A DNA stretch of 64,000 nt from an uncultured Spirochaetales bacterium (GCA_964412895.1 CAYPQK010000001.1:5041-69040); one strand, 5' to 3'. Positions 9,238 to 21,847 are shown, counted from the first letter of the stretch. Notes: generated from the sequence alone by a model not told the origin. Program-made: numbers and translations.

Positions 9238-11442
9238 TCAGGGTGTCGGAGTGCTAAAAAGCCACGAAAGACCGCTTTTGGTCAGCACACGGTAGTGTCT
9301 TCCCTGATTCTCGATGTGGGCGACACCCTCATGGGAACAGCCCGCGGGGCAGGTGCCGCCAGCGATGCTTTTGAGGGTGCAGACGCGCGAGATGAAGAGC
9401 GGCGGGTTGAAGGCAGGACCCGTTCCGAGCAGAGGCAGAGGATAGTTGCTGTCGTCGAGAGGCCGTCCCTCCTCTATCCAGCGGTACCCGAAGAGGATCC
9501 GGTCGCCGAGAAAGTCCTGACAGAACGGTATGGTGTAGCAGTTGGCGACATAACAGAATATGTCGAGGAAAAAGAAAACATCAGTCCGGACCGCTATTTC
9601 ACGGCAGAGAGGGAGGTGGCCGATGTTGTTGATTCCCAGTACTACCGGGCCATCGACGGTATCGAGAAAAGAGGTCAGCGTGGCAAAGTATCTCTCTTCA
9701 TCAGCTACGAACGGCATGAGCGGGATGACGGTCGCACCGTCGCTGAAAAAGTTGGCGCGGTCGTGCAGTGCGGAGATGTCCGCGAAAGGCAGTTCTTTCG
9801 TAAGGTTACCGTTTATTGTATGCTTTGGCGAAAACCGGGTCCGGTCAGCGGCAAAAGAGAGCAGAGTATCGAACTTTTTTGGAGAAATATTACGCGGCAT
9901 AGGGGCGGTCGCGACCCTCTCCGCCATGTTCCGCGTCTCTTCTTTCAGGGAACTGTCGAGCGTCTGGAAAAAGGCGTTCTTAAGCCGTTTGAGGCGTGAC
10001 GGCGGAACGAATATCCGTTCCGGTAGTGCGGGATCGTTCTCCCGTTTAAAAGTGACTGTAGCGGGGATAAAACACGATTCTCCCGATTCGAAAACAAGCG
10101 GCTCGAAAATAGCGGCGAGGTCATCGCCATGGGCGGGAGAAATATCAACAGGTTCAATATGTTGTACGCAAACAGGACCTAATTCGGCCGAAATGGTGAG
10201 TTCTTTTGCCCCGGCGCGGACCGTCACCGCGATGGGCCGTTTCCACGGACGGTAACTGCCGGGAACGATCACCTTGAGATCGAGCGAACGCGAACTGACG
10301 AGGAATATCTGCGTACCGACGGCGGGCGACACCTCGGCGGCGATGGCGACTGTCTCTCCGGCGCGGGCGGTACGCCGCGGCCTTCCGGCGGCGTCGAATA
10401 GTTCACGCAGAGAGAAAACGACCGGTTCGCGGCCATCTCGCGTGAAGAACTGCAGGCCGTCGCGCAGGCCGATGGAGTGGGCGATGGTGAGGGTACAGCG
10501 ACCGTTGCCGCTCCCCGTTACGGTGCCGAGGAGGAGTCCGCGGTGTCCCGGGAAGAGGGTGTCGGTGAGCGGCGATCCGTTATTAAGAAGATGTCCTTTG
10601 CTCGGCGAGCGCGAGAAGATGATGCGGGCGGCGGTGCGCGCTTCGTCCGCCGGCGTACCATCGAGAATGGCGCGGTAGAGCCGCGCGGTGTGGTAGACAT
10701 ACTCGGGCGATTTCATCCGTCCTTCGATCTTGAGGCCGTCGATGCCGAGGTCGCGGAGGCGCCGGACATCGTCGTCGAGCGCGAGGTCGCGGCAGGAGAA
10801 CCAGTGACCGGCACGGTGGTCGTGCGAGAAATAGCTGCGGCAGATCTGGGCGCAGGCGCCACGGTTGCCGGAACGGCCGAGCGTGAGGCCCGAAGCGAGA
10901 CACTGTCCCGAGACGCTGTAGCAGAGGGCGCCGTGGATGAATACCTCGAGTTCGATGTCGGGATGGGCGGCGCGGATGCGGGCTATCGTGTCGAGGTCGA
11001 GTTCGCGGGCAAGGATGACGCGGCGGAAGCCCGCCTCCTTGAGAGCCGCGCCGCCGCTACTGGTATGGGCCGCAAGCTGGGTGGAGGCGTGGAGTGGCAG
11101 CGACGGAAAATATTTGCGGACGATGCGGGCGACGCCAAGGTCCTGCACGATGAGGCCGTCTATCTGCAAAAGGTCGAGAAGCGCGAGGGTGTCGACGAGT
11201 TCCGGCAGTTCGTCGTTGGTGACGAGCGTATTGACGGCAGCATAGAGTTTCTTCCCCTGCTGGGCGGCCATCGTTTTAAGGCGGCGCAAAGAATCGGTAT
11301 CGAAGTTGGCGGCGGCCTGCCGCGCCGAAAAGCGCGAAAGTCCGAAGTAGACGGCATCGGCGCCTCCCGCGAAGGCGTAGTGGGCGGCGGCAAACGAACC
11401 GGCGGGGCTCAGCAATTCCGGGCGGAACGGGGTATCGCTCAT
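9238..11442 (-). CDS. U32 family peptidase (long form with C-terminal DUF3656-like extension)
   Basis: N-terminal ELLSPAGS...GADAVYFG and the E(x)FxHGALC motif of peptidase U32. Confidence 0.85.
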   Translation of the reverse strand: MSDTPFRPELLSPAGSFAAAHYAFAGGADAVYFGLSRFSARQAAANFDTDSLRRLKTMAAQQGKKLYAAVNTLVTNDELPELVDTLALLDLLQIDGLIVQDLGVARIVRKYFPSLPLHASTQLAAHTSSGGAALKEAGFRRVILARELDLDTIARIRAAHPDIELEVFIHGALCYSVSGQCLASGLTLGRSGNRGACAQICRSYFSHDHRAGHWFSCRDLALDDDVRRLRDLGIDGLKIEGRMKSPEYVYHTARLYRAILDGTPADEARTAARIIFSRSPSKGHLLNNGSPLTDTLFPGHRGLLLGTVTGSGNGRCTLTIAHSIGLRDGLQFFTRDGREPVVFSLRELFDAAGRPRRTARAGETVAIAAEVSPAVGTQIFLVSSRSLDLKVIVPGSYRPWKRPIAVTVRAGAKELTISAELGPVCVQHIEPVDISPAHGDDLAAIFEPLVFESGESCFIPATVTFKRENDPALPERIFVPPSRLKRLKNAFFQTLDSSLKEETRNMAERVATAPMPRNISPKKFDTLLSFAADRTRFSPKHTINGNLTKELPFADISALHDRANFFSDGATVIPLMPFVADEERYFATLTSFLDTVDGPVVLGINNIGHLPLCREIAVRTDVFFFLDIFCYVANCYTIPFCQDFLGDRILFGYRWIEEGRPLDDSNYPLPLLGTGPAFNPPLFISRVCTLKSIAGGTCPAGCSHEGVAHIENQGRHYRVLTKSGLSWLFSTPTP

Positions 11443-13313
11443 AGGTCGGACGAGCAGCCCTCAAGGAAGGCCGCGGTGCGCTCGTGATAGGTGATGCGGT
11501 TCTTCTTTTTGCGGAAGCCGTGTCCCTCGTCGTCGAAGATGAGCATCTCGGGCTTGTTCCCGGCGGCGGTGAGTTTTTCGGCGAGGATGTAGGCGTCGCT
11601 CACCGGGACACGCGGGTCGTTGGCGCCGTGGGCGATGAAGAGCTTCCCCTTGATGCGGTCGGCCATGGTGGTGGGGCTGATCGAACGGAGGAACGCTTCG
11701 TCCTCGAGAGGCCCGTATTCGACCTCGCGCAAAGCCTTGCGGTACGACTTGGTGTTCTTGAGGAAGTTGATGAAGTCGACCACTCCCACGGTGTCGACGC
11801 CGCCGCGGAACCGGTCGGGGAACTGCGCCATCGAGGCGACTGTCATGAAGCCGCCGTAACTGCCGCCCATCGCGATGAAGCGGTCGGAGCGCGACAGTCC
11901 GGCGCGGACGAGATCGTCGAGCACCGCGCCGGCATCCTTCACCGAATCCATCCGCAGTTTGTAATTGTCCAGTTCGGTGAAGCGGCGGCCGTAGCCGGTC
12001 GAGCCGCGGACATTGGGGGCGGCGACGGCAAACCCTTTTTTAAGGTAGTATTGGAAGACGGCGTTGAAGCCGGGGACGAACTGTCCTTCGGGACCGCCGT
12101 GGAAATAGACGATGGTGCGGTAGGGGGGTGTCCCCGTTTTCGGGGTGAAGAGGAAGTAGGGGATCTCGAGGCGGTCGAACGAGGCCGTTGTGCGCAGTAC
12201 GGGGGCGGTGAAGGCGGCCACATCGATGCCGCGCGTGTCGGTGAGGCCGAATTCCTCGGGGGCGCCGCCGTCCAGCCGCAGCACGACGGGCCGCGGTATG
12301 GCGTCGGGCCGCGACAGGGTGTAGACGAGCCGCCCGTCCGTAAGGTCGCCCAGCGAGAGCACCCCGGCGCCGGTGGGGAGCACCGTCGTGACGCCGGCGC
12401 GCCACCGGCGGCAGACCGACCAGCCCGCCTCGTTGGTGCAGAAGACGATACCGGCGCGGTCGCGGCGGTCGACGAGCGCCGTATCGACGCTCCACGGGCC
12501 GGCGTGAAGCACCGTCCGTTTGCCTGCCTTGTCACGCAGTTCAAGGTATTGGGTGTCGCTTCCTTCGTCGGTGATGAGGGCGATGCGGCCGTCGTTCAGA
12601 AAGCCGACCGGCTGATAGTAGCGGTCGTCCATCGTCCCCTTGAGTTTGCGCGCGGTGCCGTTCTCGAACAGGTACGGGACGGTGGCGGTACTGCTCTGCA
12701 CCGTGTGGAAGAGGATCTGGTCGGCGCTCTTCGCGTCGTCGATGACCTGCATCCCCGTTTTGTCGGACAGAAGGCGCTTTTTGCCGGTCGCGATATCGTA
12801 GAGGTAGATATAGAAATCGCGGCGGCTTACCTCGTTGGCGGTGTAGAGGAACCGTTCTTCGTCGAGCCAGAGAACATTTCCGAAACGGACCTCGGGATCG
12901 GCGAGCAGCGGCGTTATCTTCCCGTCGGCGAACGACAGCAGGTAGATGCCGTACTGTTCATTGCCGCCGGGCGCCATGAGGAACAGGAGCCGCGTCCCGC
13001 CGGGACTGACCGTGTAGCCGTCGACCGAATCGGCGCCGCCGGTAAGTTGCCGCCGTTCGCCGCCGTTATCAAGATAAAGCTGTTTGACCTCGCCGGGACC
13101 GCGCGACAGGAAAAGTTTGCGGCCGTCGGGGAATACATGCCCCGCTGCCGAATCGACGATCTCGAGATAGTCGCGCACCCGGTCTCCCGGCACCGTTGCG
13201 GTGTCGGCGTCGACTACGGCCGGCGCGGCGCGCGAACAGGATAGAAGGAAAATAAGGAGAAAAAGACCGCCCGCGAAGAGGCGGATATAACTAGAATTCT
13301 TCGAACTGATCAT
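11439..13313 (-). CDS. S9 family serine peptidase (prolyl oligopeptidase/DPP-like) with N-terminal beta-propeller and lipoprotein signal
   Basis: Catalytic GGSYGG nucleophile motif and a C-terminal alpha/beta hydrolase with DPRV...HGF. Stop overlaps the U32 start by 4 bp. Confidence 0.85.
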   Translation of the reverse strand: MISSKNSSYIRLFAGGLFLLIFLLSCSRAAPAVVDADTATVPGDRVRDYLEIVDSAAGHVFPDGRKLFLSRGPGEVKQLYLDNGGERRQLTGGADSVDGYTVSPGGTRLLFLMAPGGNEQYGIYLLSFADGKITPLLADPEVRFGNVLWLDEERFLYTANEVSRRDFYIYLYDIATGKKRLLSDKTGMQVIDDAKSADQILFHTVQSSTATVPYLFENGTARKLKGTMDDRYYQPVGFLNDGRIALITDEGSDTQYLELRDKAGKRTVLHAGPWSVDTALVDRRDRAGIVFCTNEAGWSVCRRWRAGVTTVLPTGAGVLSLGDLTDGRLVYTLSRPDAIPRPVVLRLDGGAPEEFGLTDTRGIDVAAFTAPVLRTTASFDRLEIPYFLFTPKTGTPPYRTIVYFHGGPEGQFVPGFNAVFQYYLKKGFAVAAPNVRGSTGYGRRFTELDNYKLRMDSVKDAGAVLDDLVRAGLSRSDRFIAMGGSYGGFMTVASMAQFPDRFRGGVDTVGVVDFINFLKNTKSYRKALREVEYGPLEDEAFLRSISPTTMADRIKGKLFIAHGANDPRVPVSDAYILAEKLTAAGNKPEMLIFDDEGHGFRKKKNRITYHERTAAFLEGCSSDL

Positions 13314-14718
13314 CGTCGAAAAAGCCGTTCTCGCGCGTTTTCTGCTCGCCGGCGACGGCGGTGGGACTCCGTTTAGGCGTCGCGGCGGGGGCCGGCGGGA
13401 TGAGCGGCCGCGCGGGAAGAGCGGAAGGAGGTTGGAGGGCGGGAGCGGCCGTCAGGGTCGCCGGCGGTTCGAACCGCATGAAGGCGGCGTTCGGGTCCGA
13501 GACGCGGAACTTCTCGAGCTCTCCGGCCAGCTGGCGCGATATATTGGCCATATCCTCGGCCGAGCTCGCGAGCTCCTCGACCAGCGACGCGTTGCGCTGG
13601 GTCACTTCGTCCATCTGCATGATGGCCGAATTTATCTGATGGATGCCCGATGCCTGTTCCTTGGACCGTTTCTCGATGTCCTGTATGGAAAGGCTCGCTT
13701 CCTGTATGCGGCTCACGAGCTGGAGAAGGACCTTTGTGGTCTTGGTCGAGAGTTCGGTGGCGTTACGGATGTTCTCCTCGTTCTTCTCGACCAGTTCCTT
13801 GATCTCGGTAGCGGCGTCGGCGCTGCGGGCGGCCAGACTGCGCACTTCACTGGCGACCACCGCGAAGCCCTTTCCCTCTTCGCCGGCGCGCGCCGCTTCG
13901 ACCGCGGCGTTGAGCGCGAGCAGATTGGTCTGGAACGCGATATCGTTCACGACATTCACGATCTCCTGTATCTTATCGCCCGATTCCTTGACGGTGGTGA
14001 CGGCGGTCGCCATCTCGGCGAGCATCCGCGAACCGTTCTCGGCGTCGGTGGTGGTGCGGCGCATCTTGGTGGCCGCTTCGGCCGACAGGCTCGCTGCCTC
14101 CTGGATGGAGGCCGTTATCTCTTCGACCGACGCGGCGGTCTGCTGAAGCGATGAGGCCATCTGCTGGGTCGCAGTCGACAACTGATTGTTGCCCGAGGAG
14201 ACCTCCTGCGCCGAGGTGAGGACCTGCTCGGAGCTGGTCTTGATGGTTTTGAGGATATGCTCGATGTTACTCGCGGTCTTGTTGAAACCGGAGACCAGCG
14301 GGGCGAGATCGGGATCGTTGTGTATCTCGATGCGCTTGGAAAAATCGCCGTTCTTGAGCGATTCGAACACATGGGCCAGTTTCGTGAGCGGGATATAGAG
14401 CACCTTGCGCAGGAAGATAAGGAACAGGAAGGTCAGCAGCAGTTCAAAAAAGAGGGTGAACAGGAATGTGGGGAGGAGTCCGGCCCCTTCCCTCTTATAG
14501 TTGTCGGTGAACGCGCGCGCCTCTTCGGCGGCCCGGACTTTTGCCTGCGCGTCGCCCTTCTCGAGGGTCACCGCTTCGAGATGTTTGATGGCGCGTTCCG
14601 CGGTCCCTTCCGCCTTGGAGACGAGGAACCACTCGGAAGAAAGGAACATGACGAACAGCAGTACGGCAAAGCCGATGATGGCCTTTCGGCTGCTCAACCA
14701 GCGTATAAAGGAGGTCAT
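13291..14718 (-). CDS. Methyl-accepting chemotaxis protein (TM, HAMP, MCP signalling domain)
   Basis: Highly conserved MCP core [31 protein letters not shown]. Probable ATG start at 14718 (MTSFIRWL...). The track start at 14778 is a TTG in a non-coding-looking leader. Confidence 0.8.
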   Translation of the reverse strand: MTSFIRWLSSRKAIIGFAVLLFVMFLSSEWFLVSKAEGTAERAIKHLEAVTLEKGDAQAKVRAAEEARAFTDNYKREGAGLLPTFLFTLFFELLLTFLFLIFLRKVLYIPLTKLAHVFESLKNGDFSKRIEIHNDPDLAPLVSGFNKTASNIEHILKTIKTSSEQVLTSAQEVSSGNNQLSTATQQMASSLQQTAASVEEITASIQEAASLSAEAATKMRRTTTDAENGSRMLAEMATAVTTVKESGDKIQEIVNVVNDIAFQTNLLALNAAVEAARAGEEGKGFAVVASEVRSLAARSADAATEIKELVEKNEENIRNATELSTKTTKVLLQLVSRIQEASLSIQDIEKRSKEQASGIHQINSAIMQMDEVTQRNASLVEELASSAEDMANISRQLAGELEKFRVSDPNAAFMRFEPPATLTAAPALQPPSALPARPLIPPAPAATPKRSPTAVAGEQKTRENGFFDDDQFEEF

Positions 14719-14855
14719 GGATCCCCGCGGTACCCGTTGATAACGGGGCGATTGTAACATGCCGCGCCGTTTAATCAACTTTTCTGTGACGCGCCATATT
14801 GACTTGCCGCGTATCGCAGCTACAATGCGCGACGACCAACGAAGCGGAGGAACCG

Positions 14856-15983
14856 ATGAAACGCTCTGTGATGATGTTCGCGGCCGTGGTGACGGCGCTG
14901 TTCCTGACCATGGGATGCGACAACGACAAAAAGGAGACGAACACTACCGATCTCGATTTCGCCTTCTCTGACGACACGGCGGCGCCCGACGGCGATTCGA
15001 TCGTCGCCGATACCGGGGAAACGCCCGATCTGGTGCAGGACGATCTGCTTTCCGACAGCGACACCGTGCCCGATTTCGGTTACAATGTCTTCTTTCAGGT
15101 CATGACCATGTTCACCTTCGGCCAGCCCATGGCGATGTCGTTCGGCGCCATCATGAAGACGGCACGCGAAGAGCTGGATCCCGACCAAGAGACCCATCTG
15201 CCGCTCGATACCTGCGAGTTCAGCACCGGCGGCGAGACGCCGACACCCGAATGCACCTCCGACGACGAGTGTGCGCCGGAGCAGAAGTGTCTAGCCGACA
15301 CCGATAATAACGGCAAGGCGATCGCGGGGACCGAGAGCTGCAAAACGCCCAACCGTGAACCGCTTGACCGCGGTCCGATCATCGTCACCGGCTTTGTCGG
15401 CGGCCCGGTCACCTTCCTGTACGAACCGAACGACAGGGTCTACAAGAAGGACGGGACCGGCGACGGATCGATAGACATCGCGCTGCTCGCGTTCAATCTC
15501 GACTATACCCTTGCCGCCGAAGGACAGGACGACCTCCAGGCCTTCTCGGGGACCGTCTATATGCCGCCGTCGCTCGAACTCACCTATCCCGAACTCAAGC
15601 CCGGCAGCGGTTCGATGCCCTTCCCGGCGGCCGATGTCGATCCGACCAAGGATGTGCTCATTAAATGGTCACAGCCCAATCCGGGCGCCGAGATGGACCT
15701 GACGCTGACCGGCGAAAGCGGATCGGTCGTCTGCCGCGTAACGGACGACGGCGAATTCACCATACCGGTCGCGCTCGTTTCGCAGATAACCTTCGGCACC
15801 GGCTTCAACGCCTTCGCCAACAACATCATCCTTGACCGTAAGTTCTCCGAGAACATGGAAGGGGAGAATGTCACCGCCGGCATGTTCACCGCCGAAGAGA
15901 TGATCACGGTGATGGTCAACGCCGTCACGGCTTCCGATGTCGATGTGATCTCCGATGAGGACGAACTGCTGCCCGATAACTGA
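14856..15983 (+). CDS. Hypothetical secreted lipoprotein with Asp-rich N-terminal linker
   Basis: GGAGGAA RBS. Signal plus lipobox LTMGC. No recognised family. Confidence 0.6.
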   Translation: MKRSVMMFAAVVTALFLTMGCDNDKKETNTTDLDFAFSDDTAAPDGDSIVADTGETPDLVQDDLLSDSDTVPDFGYNVFFQVMTMFTFGQPMAMSFGAIMKTAREELDPDQETHLPLDTCEFSTGGETPTPECTSDDECAPEQKCLADTDNNGKAIAGTESCKTPNREPLDRGPIIVTGFVGGPVTFLYEPNDRVYKKDGTGDGSIDIALLAFNLDYTLAAEGQDDLQAFSGTVYMPPSLELTYPELKPGSGSMPFPAADVDPTKDVLIKWSQPNPGAEMDLTLTGESGSVVCRVTDDGEFTIPVALVSQITFGTGFNAFANNIILDRKFSENMEGENVTAGMFTAEEMITVMVNAVTASDVDVISDEDELLPDN

Positions 15984-15989
15984 TCTCGT

Positions 15990-17153
15990 TCAGACGAATT
16001 TTCTGAAGACCGCCTCGTAGCCGTCCACCATCTTTTCCCACGAATAGTTCGCGGTGGTGAACTCTTTTCCCGAACGGCCCAATTCTTTCAGCCGCACCGG
16101 ATCGGCGAGCAGTTCGATGATGCGCCGCGTCCACGCGTCGGCGTCGCCGGGCGGCAGAAGTACGCCGTTCTTCCCGTCCTGCACCGCGTCGGTGATGCCG
16201 TCTATCTCGGCCGCCGCCACCGGCAGGCCGCAGATGGCCGCCTCGAGCGCCGCGAGTCCGAAGCCCTCCATGTCGCCGTCCACCTTTATATTGGGCATGA
16301 CATAGAGATCGGCGCACAGAAGCGTCTGTATGAGGTCCTTGAACGGCAGGCCGCCGAGCCGGTAGGCGCGTCCCGCCATGCCGGGGCGGGCCAGTTCGCG
16401 GCGGAGCGCCGGTTCGTCGGTGGGCATCCCGAAGATGAGGGCGAGCTGGCGTCCGAGGTCGAACGGGAGGAGCCGCAGGAGAAAATTCTTGAACCCCATC
16501 GTCGCCGACGAGGGACCGATATGGAGGCAGACCACCTCGGGGTCGAGCCGGGGGAGCACTTCGCGGACGAACCAGTTGAACCCCTTGCGCGGCACCGGGC
16601 GGCCGAGCATCACGAGCAGTTTTTTGTGCGACAGGTCGACGCCGAGCCGTCGCCCGATGACGGCGCGGTAGTTGGGGACCGCCGGCAGATCACCGAGCGT
16701 CGTATCCACGCCGTTGGGGACCACCGTCACCTTCGCCGGGTCGAAGCCGCGGTCGGTGCAGGCCTTCGCGGTGGCCGAACTGACGGCGATGACGCCGTCG
16801 TAGGCGGCGAAGCGCGGGATGATCCGCTTCTGGAACCAACCGGCCGGCATCACCACATCGAGCCCGTGAAGCGTCACGACGATAGGCAGATCGGTGATCT
16901 CGCGTAGCGGCAGGGAGAAGAAGCCCATCAGTCCGTCGTTGAGGTGGATGATCGATATGCCGGGGTTCTCTGCCAGTATTTTGCGCACCCGCCGTTTGAG
17001 CGTCAGGAAGAATTTCCATTTACCGGCGTCGCCGCCGTGGATGAGAGTGTGGACCTTCACGCGGCGCGACATCCCCCGGATGAGTTCGAAGCTTTGCTTC
17101 TGCATCCCGCCGACCGACGGAGGGTACTTATGAGTGATGAACAGGACTTCCAT
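15990..17153 (-). CDS. Glycosyltransferase family 4 (GT4)
   Basis: N-terminal ITHKYPPSVGGMQ and the C-terminal E-x7-E GT4 motif region (GLAALEAAICGLPV). Confidence 0.8.
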   Translation of the reverse strand: MEVLFITHKYPPSVGGMQKQSFELIRGMSRRVKVHTLIHGGDAGKWKFFLTLKRRVRKILAENPGISIIHLNDGLMGFFSLPLREITDLPIVVTLHGLDVVMPAGWFQKRIIPRFAAYDGVIAVSSATAKACTDRGFDPAKVTVVPNGVDTTLGDLPAVPNYRAVIGRRLGVDLSHKKLLVMLGRPVPRKGFNWFVREVLPRLDPEVVCLHIGPSSATMGFKNFLLRLLPFDLGRQLALIFGMPTDEPALRRELARPGMAGRAYRLGGLPFKDLIQTLLCADLYVMPNIKVDGDMEGFGLAALEAAICGLPVAAAEIDGITDAVQDGKNGVLLPPGDADAWTRRIIELLADPVRLKELGRSGKEFTTANYSWEKMVDGYEAVFRKFV

Positions 17154-18201
17154 AGCTCTCGGCAACGGCGGTGGAGGGATCGAGTTCCTTGCGGCGGCGC
17201 ATCATGAACAGCGAGAAGACGAGCGTGCCCATCCCGAGCCAGAACAGCTGGCGGGTACGGCGCAGTATCGAAACGCTGATCCACAGATCCGCGCCTGGCA
17301 CGCCGACGAGGTCGAGCATGAGGCGGTTGGCGTACTCTTCGATGCCGACCTGCCCCGGCACGAAGGTCCCCATCGCCTTGAAGAGCATGACGCCCACCTC
17401 CATTGCGACGCAGGAAAGGAACGACACCTCGACGCCGAGAAAGGTGAGTATCAGGAAGAATTCGGTCGCGCCGCCCAGCCAGTGAACGAGCGTCAGGCCG
17501 TAGGCGCGGGCGAGATCCTTGCGCCGGTGATGGAAGAAATAGGAGAGGTCGCCGTCGACCTTCTGCAGTTTGCGCTCGATGGCAAGCAGCCCCTTGAACC
17601 ACGGCATGAGCCGCCGCAGGGTCGCCGGGAAGAGGGCAAAGAACGAATGGCCGTTCGAGAGACGGAGAAAGAAGAAGGTCGCTCCCGCAAGCAGTCCCGA
17701 CGCGACGACGGCCATGATCACTTTGCTGCCGGCGAAGTTCAGTTTATCGAGGAAGAGGATCAGTCCGATGCCGATCAGCGTCCCGCTCGAAAGCCAGACG
17801 GTGAGCCGCGCGATGGTGAGCGCCGTGATCGAGCGGCTGTAGGGGACGCCGTGACGCGACAAGACCACCGCCTTCATCGTTTCGCCGGCGAGGAAACTCG
17901 TCGGGTTTATCTGCGCGAGACTTTCGCCCATGAGCCGGATGAAGAAAAGCCGGAAGATGCCGATGTCGGGCCGTTCGATGAAGCAGTACCGCCACGCGGT
18001 GGTGACGATCAGTTGGGCCGTGAGCGTCACGAGGATGATGAAGATGAACTTGTAGCCGATACTGCCGAGCTGCTGGGTGATGCGGCCCAGATCGGAGGCG
18101 CTCACGAACCACCAGATGAGGAAAAAGCCGAGGATGAAGAGCGATATCTTCGCCAGACGGCCGATGATCGCCTTTATTTCGGGTCTATACAGCAATCTCA
18201 T
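17128..18201 (-). CDS. Flippase-like membrane protein (lysylphosphatidylglycerol-synthase TM-region/UPF0104 family)
   Basis: About 8 TM helices. The family commonly accompanies glycosyltransferases. Overlaps both neighbouring GT genes (operon). Confidence 0.6.
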   Translation of the reverse strand: MRLLYRPEIKAIIGRLAKISLFILGFFLIWWFVSASDLGRITQQLGSIGYKFIFIILVTLTAQLIVTTAWRYCFIERPDIGIFRLFFIRLMGESLAQINPTSFLAGETMKAVVLSRHGVPYSRSITALTIARLTVWLSSGTLIGIGLILFLDKLNFAGSKVIMAVVASGLLAGATFFFLRLSNGHSFFALFPATLRRLMPWFKGLLAIERKLQKVDGDLSYFFHHRRKDLARAYGLTLVHWLGGATEFFLILTFLGVEVSFLSCVAMEVGVMLFKAMGTFVPGQVGIEEYANRLMLDLVGVPGADLWISVSILRRTRQLFWLGMGTLVFSLFMMRRRKELDPSTAVAESYGSPVHHS

Positions 18202-19393
18202 GCGCCTTCTCCGAGGGGGTGGCGGGGGTGAAACGGCCAGCGATCCGCTCGTAGGAGGAGAACATATCCTCGCAGAGCATGTCCCACTGCTGGCGGTGGG
18301 CGTATTGGGCGGCGCGGCGCGCCATCACGGCGGCCTTTTTCGGATCGTCGAGGATCCGCGCTATTTTCTGATGGAAATCGTTCGGGTCCTTGGGCGTCGC
18401 GTGGAAACCGGTGACACCGTCCTGCACGATACCCTTCGGCCCGCCCTGCGCCGCGACCACCGGCGTGAGGCCGGAGGCCATCGCCTCGAGGACGACATTG
18501 CCGAAGGTCTCGGTTATCGACGGGAAGATGAAGACATCGCTCGATGCATATACTTTCGCCAGTTCCTTCTTCACCAGTTTGCCGGTGAACACCGCGTCGG
18601 GCATGAGCCGCTCGAGTTCGCGCCGCCGCGGCCCGTCGCCGGTGACGACGAAGCGGACATCGGGATGCGATTCGGTCAGCAGTTCATAGACCCCGGCGAG
18701 CGTCTTCAACTCTTTTTCCCACACCAGACGGCTGACGAACAGCACCCGCCGCGTCCCCGCGCCGCAGAGTTTGTCCATAAAGACCGGGTCGCGGTTGTCG
18801 GGGCTGAACAGCGTCGTATCGATGCCGCGTCCCCAGATGACCATCCGGCGCCGCTCGATACCGCAGTCGAGCAGTTCATCCATGATGCTCTCGGTCGGCA
18901 CATAGACCAGATCGCACTTGTTGTAGAACCAGTTCATGTAGCGCCGGCCGCCGCGGTCGAGGAGGCGGGAAAAGAGCGGCAGGTAGCGGAAATAGTATTC
19001 GATGTAACTGATAAAGTGGGTGTGGTAGGTGGCGAGCACCGGTATCCCCTGCTCCTGACCGTAGGAGAGGGCGTAGTTGCCAAGCGTGAAAGGGGTGGTC
19101 AGGTGGATGATGTCGGGCTGGAATTCGTCGAGCGCGTCGCGGAGCTGGCTGTTGAAGAAGGGTATCGAGATCGGATAGTCGGGGTTGGTCGGGAAGGCGA
19201 TCTTCGGGACGACGACGACCGGGAAGGGGAGTTTGACATTCTCGCTGGGCGGATAGCTCGTGACGAAGAGATATTCGAACCGGTCCTTGGGGATGCGGTC
19301 GATGATCTGGTAGAGGGTGTTGGTGACGCCGTCGAGATGTTCCTTGAGCACTTCGCTGAAAAGCGCTATTTTTATCGGCCGTTTATCGGTCAC
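18185..19393 (-). CDS. Glycosyltransferase family 4 (GT4)
   Basis: GT4 C-terminal domain (FVVTGDGPRRRELE...PSITETFGNVVLEAMASGLTPV). Probable GTG start at 19393 preceded by AAGGAAGGAG. The track's longer N-terminus looks non-coding. Confidence 0.72.
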   Translation of the reverse strand: MTDKRPIKIALFSEVLKEHLDGVTNTLYQIIDRIPKDRFEYLFVTSYPPSENVKLPFPVVVVPKIAFPTNPDYPISIPFFNSQLRDALDEFQPDIIHLTTPFTLGNYALSYGQEQGIPVLATYHTHFISYIEYYFRYLPLFSRLLDRGGRRYMNWFYNKCDLVYVPTESIMDELLDCGIERRRMVIWGRGIDTTLFSPDNRDPVFMDKLCGAGTRRVLFVSRLVWEKELKTLAGVYELLTESHPDVRFVVTGDGPRRRELERLMPDAVFTGKLVKKELAKVYASSDVFIFPSITETFGNVVLEAMASGLTPVVAAQGGPKGIVQDGVTGFHATPKDPNDFHQKIARILDDPKKAAVMARRAAQYAHRQQWDMLCEDMFSSYERIAGRFTPATPSEKAHEIAV

Positions 19394-19665
19394 CGGAACT
19401 CGACTCCTTCCTTTAATTAAAAAAGGCCGCGTGTAGAAGCAAAGGATGTGCCGGAGATAACCCACTGAAATTATGTATAAGTGTCGCGGAGTCGGCGTAA
19501 AGGCCATTTACGCTGACGCCCAGCCGCCGTAAAGAATGTTTACATGAGTGACTGCCGCCTCAAACAGAAAAACGAACAGGAAGTTGAGCCAAAAGTAAAC
19601 AGGAACGGAGAGCGCCCCCGGATACCTTAAGAACAAACCCGCGAAGAGCGCGGCCGTTTTTTTTC

Positions 19666-19693
19666 TTGACAACGGGCACTTCGTCGGTACTAT
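19666..19693 (+). promoter_or_regulatory. Sigma70-like promoter for rplM-rpsI
   Basis: TTGACA, 16 nt spacer, TACTAT, about 40 nt upstream of rplM. Confidence 0.5.
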
Positions 19694-19731
19694 CACTCCG
19701 TTTTTTCGATAACTTGAGATTAGGTTAGACG

Positions 19732-20163
19732 ATGGACATTACACGAAGCTTCAGAAAAGAGGACGCGCAGCACAAATGGTACGAGATCGATGCCACCGGC
19801 AAAACTCTCGGCAGATTGGCTACCCGCGTCGCGATCATCCTTCGCGGAAAGGATAAACCGTACTTCACCCCCCATGTGGACTGCGGCGATTATGTGATCA
19901 TCACCAACGCCGACAAGATAGTGCTTACCGGCGCCAAATGGGATGACAAGATCTACTACAGCTACACCGGCTATCAGGGCGGCATGAAGGCGCGCAACGC
20001 GAAAGAGATGCAAACGCGCCGTCCCGACTTCCTCGTGATGCACGCGATCAAGGGGATGCTGCCGAAGAACAAACTGGGCCGCGCGGTCATCCAGAAACTC
20101 AAGGTTTACACGACCGCCGAACATCCGCACGAGGCGCAGTCGCCCGTGAAACTTGAGATCTAA
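19732..20163 (+). CDS. rplM: 50S ribosomal protein L13
   Basis: Full-length similarity to L13 (WYEIDATGKTLGRLAT...KGMLPKNKLGR). Confidence 0.95.
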   Translation: MDITRSFRKEDAQHKWYEIDATGKTLGRLATRVAIILRGKDKPYFTPHVDCGDYVIITNADKIVLTGAKWDDKIYYSYTGYQGGMKARNAKEMQTRRPDFLVMHAIKGMLPKNKLGRAVIQKLKVYTTAEHPHEAQSPVKLEI

Positions 20164-20180
20164 CGAAAGGAGCATACGGA

Positions 20181-20567
20181 ATGGAACAGTGGTACGCGAC
20201 CGGTAAACGGAAGACGGCTATCGCCCGGGTGTTCCTGCGCCCCGGCAACGGCGAGATGACGGTCAACGGCAAACAGCTTAAAGATCACTTCATGACCGAC
20301 GGCAATGTGATCAAGGTCCACGCCCCCTTCAAGGTGACCGGGACCGAGAATCGCTTCAATGTCCTCGCGACGGTCTCCGGCGGCGGCATTGCGGCGCAGG
20401 CCGAAGCGATGCGTCACGGCATCAGCCGCGCGCTGTGCGATTATAATAAGGAATTGCGGCCCCCGCTCAAGAAAGAGGGCTTCATCCGCCGCGATTCGCG
20501 CATGAAAGAGCGTAAGAAATACGGTCTTAAGAGCGCCCGCGCCCGCTTCCAGTTCAGCAAGCGCTAG
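20181..20567 (+). CDS. rpsI: 30S ribosomal protein S9
   Basis: S9 C-terminal signature RRDSRMKERKKYGLKSARARFQFSKR. Confidence 0.95.
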   Translation: MEQWYATGKRKTAIARVFLRPGNGEMTVNGKQLKDHFMTDGNVIKVHAPFKVTGTENRFNVLATVSGGGIAAQAEAMRHGISRALCDYNKELRPPLKKEGFIRRDSRMKERKKYGLKSARARFQFSKR

Positions 20568-20605
20568 ACCCGGGTCCTTATACCGAGATGTCGATAGTTT
20601 CTTCG

Positions 20606-20650
20606 TCCCCCTCGTCCCTTTGTGCGGCGGGGGGGATTTTTTTCTTTTAG
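20606..20650 (+). terminator. Probable rho-independent terminator after rpsI
   Basis: Imperfect CCCCC...GGGGGGG stem followed by ATTTTTTTCTTTT. Confidence 0.4.
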
Positions 20651-20662
20651 GAGGGACACGCC

Positions 20663-21823
<1,161 letters not shown>

Positions 21824-21847
21824 GTATCCGGGAACGGGAGGTGTCGG

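Noticed and set aside
14719-14778. Longer MCP N-terminus from the TTG at 14778
   Set aside because: It adds a non-hydrophobic, Arg-rich 20-aa extension before the first TM segment. The ATG at 14718 is the more plausible start.
19638-19664. Plus-strand hairpin CCGCGaagagCGCGG + T8 upstream of the rplM promoter as a terminator
   Set aside because: There is no upstream plus-strand gene to terminate, since the neighbour is on the minus strand. It may be incidental or an insulator, and is not called as a feature.
20568-20662. Possible SAM riboswitch upstream of metK
   Set aside because: The intergenic space (95 nt) is mostly occupied by the rpsI terminator hairpin. No SAM-I (GA-motif/kink-turn) or SAM-II signature was discernible.
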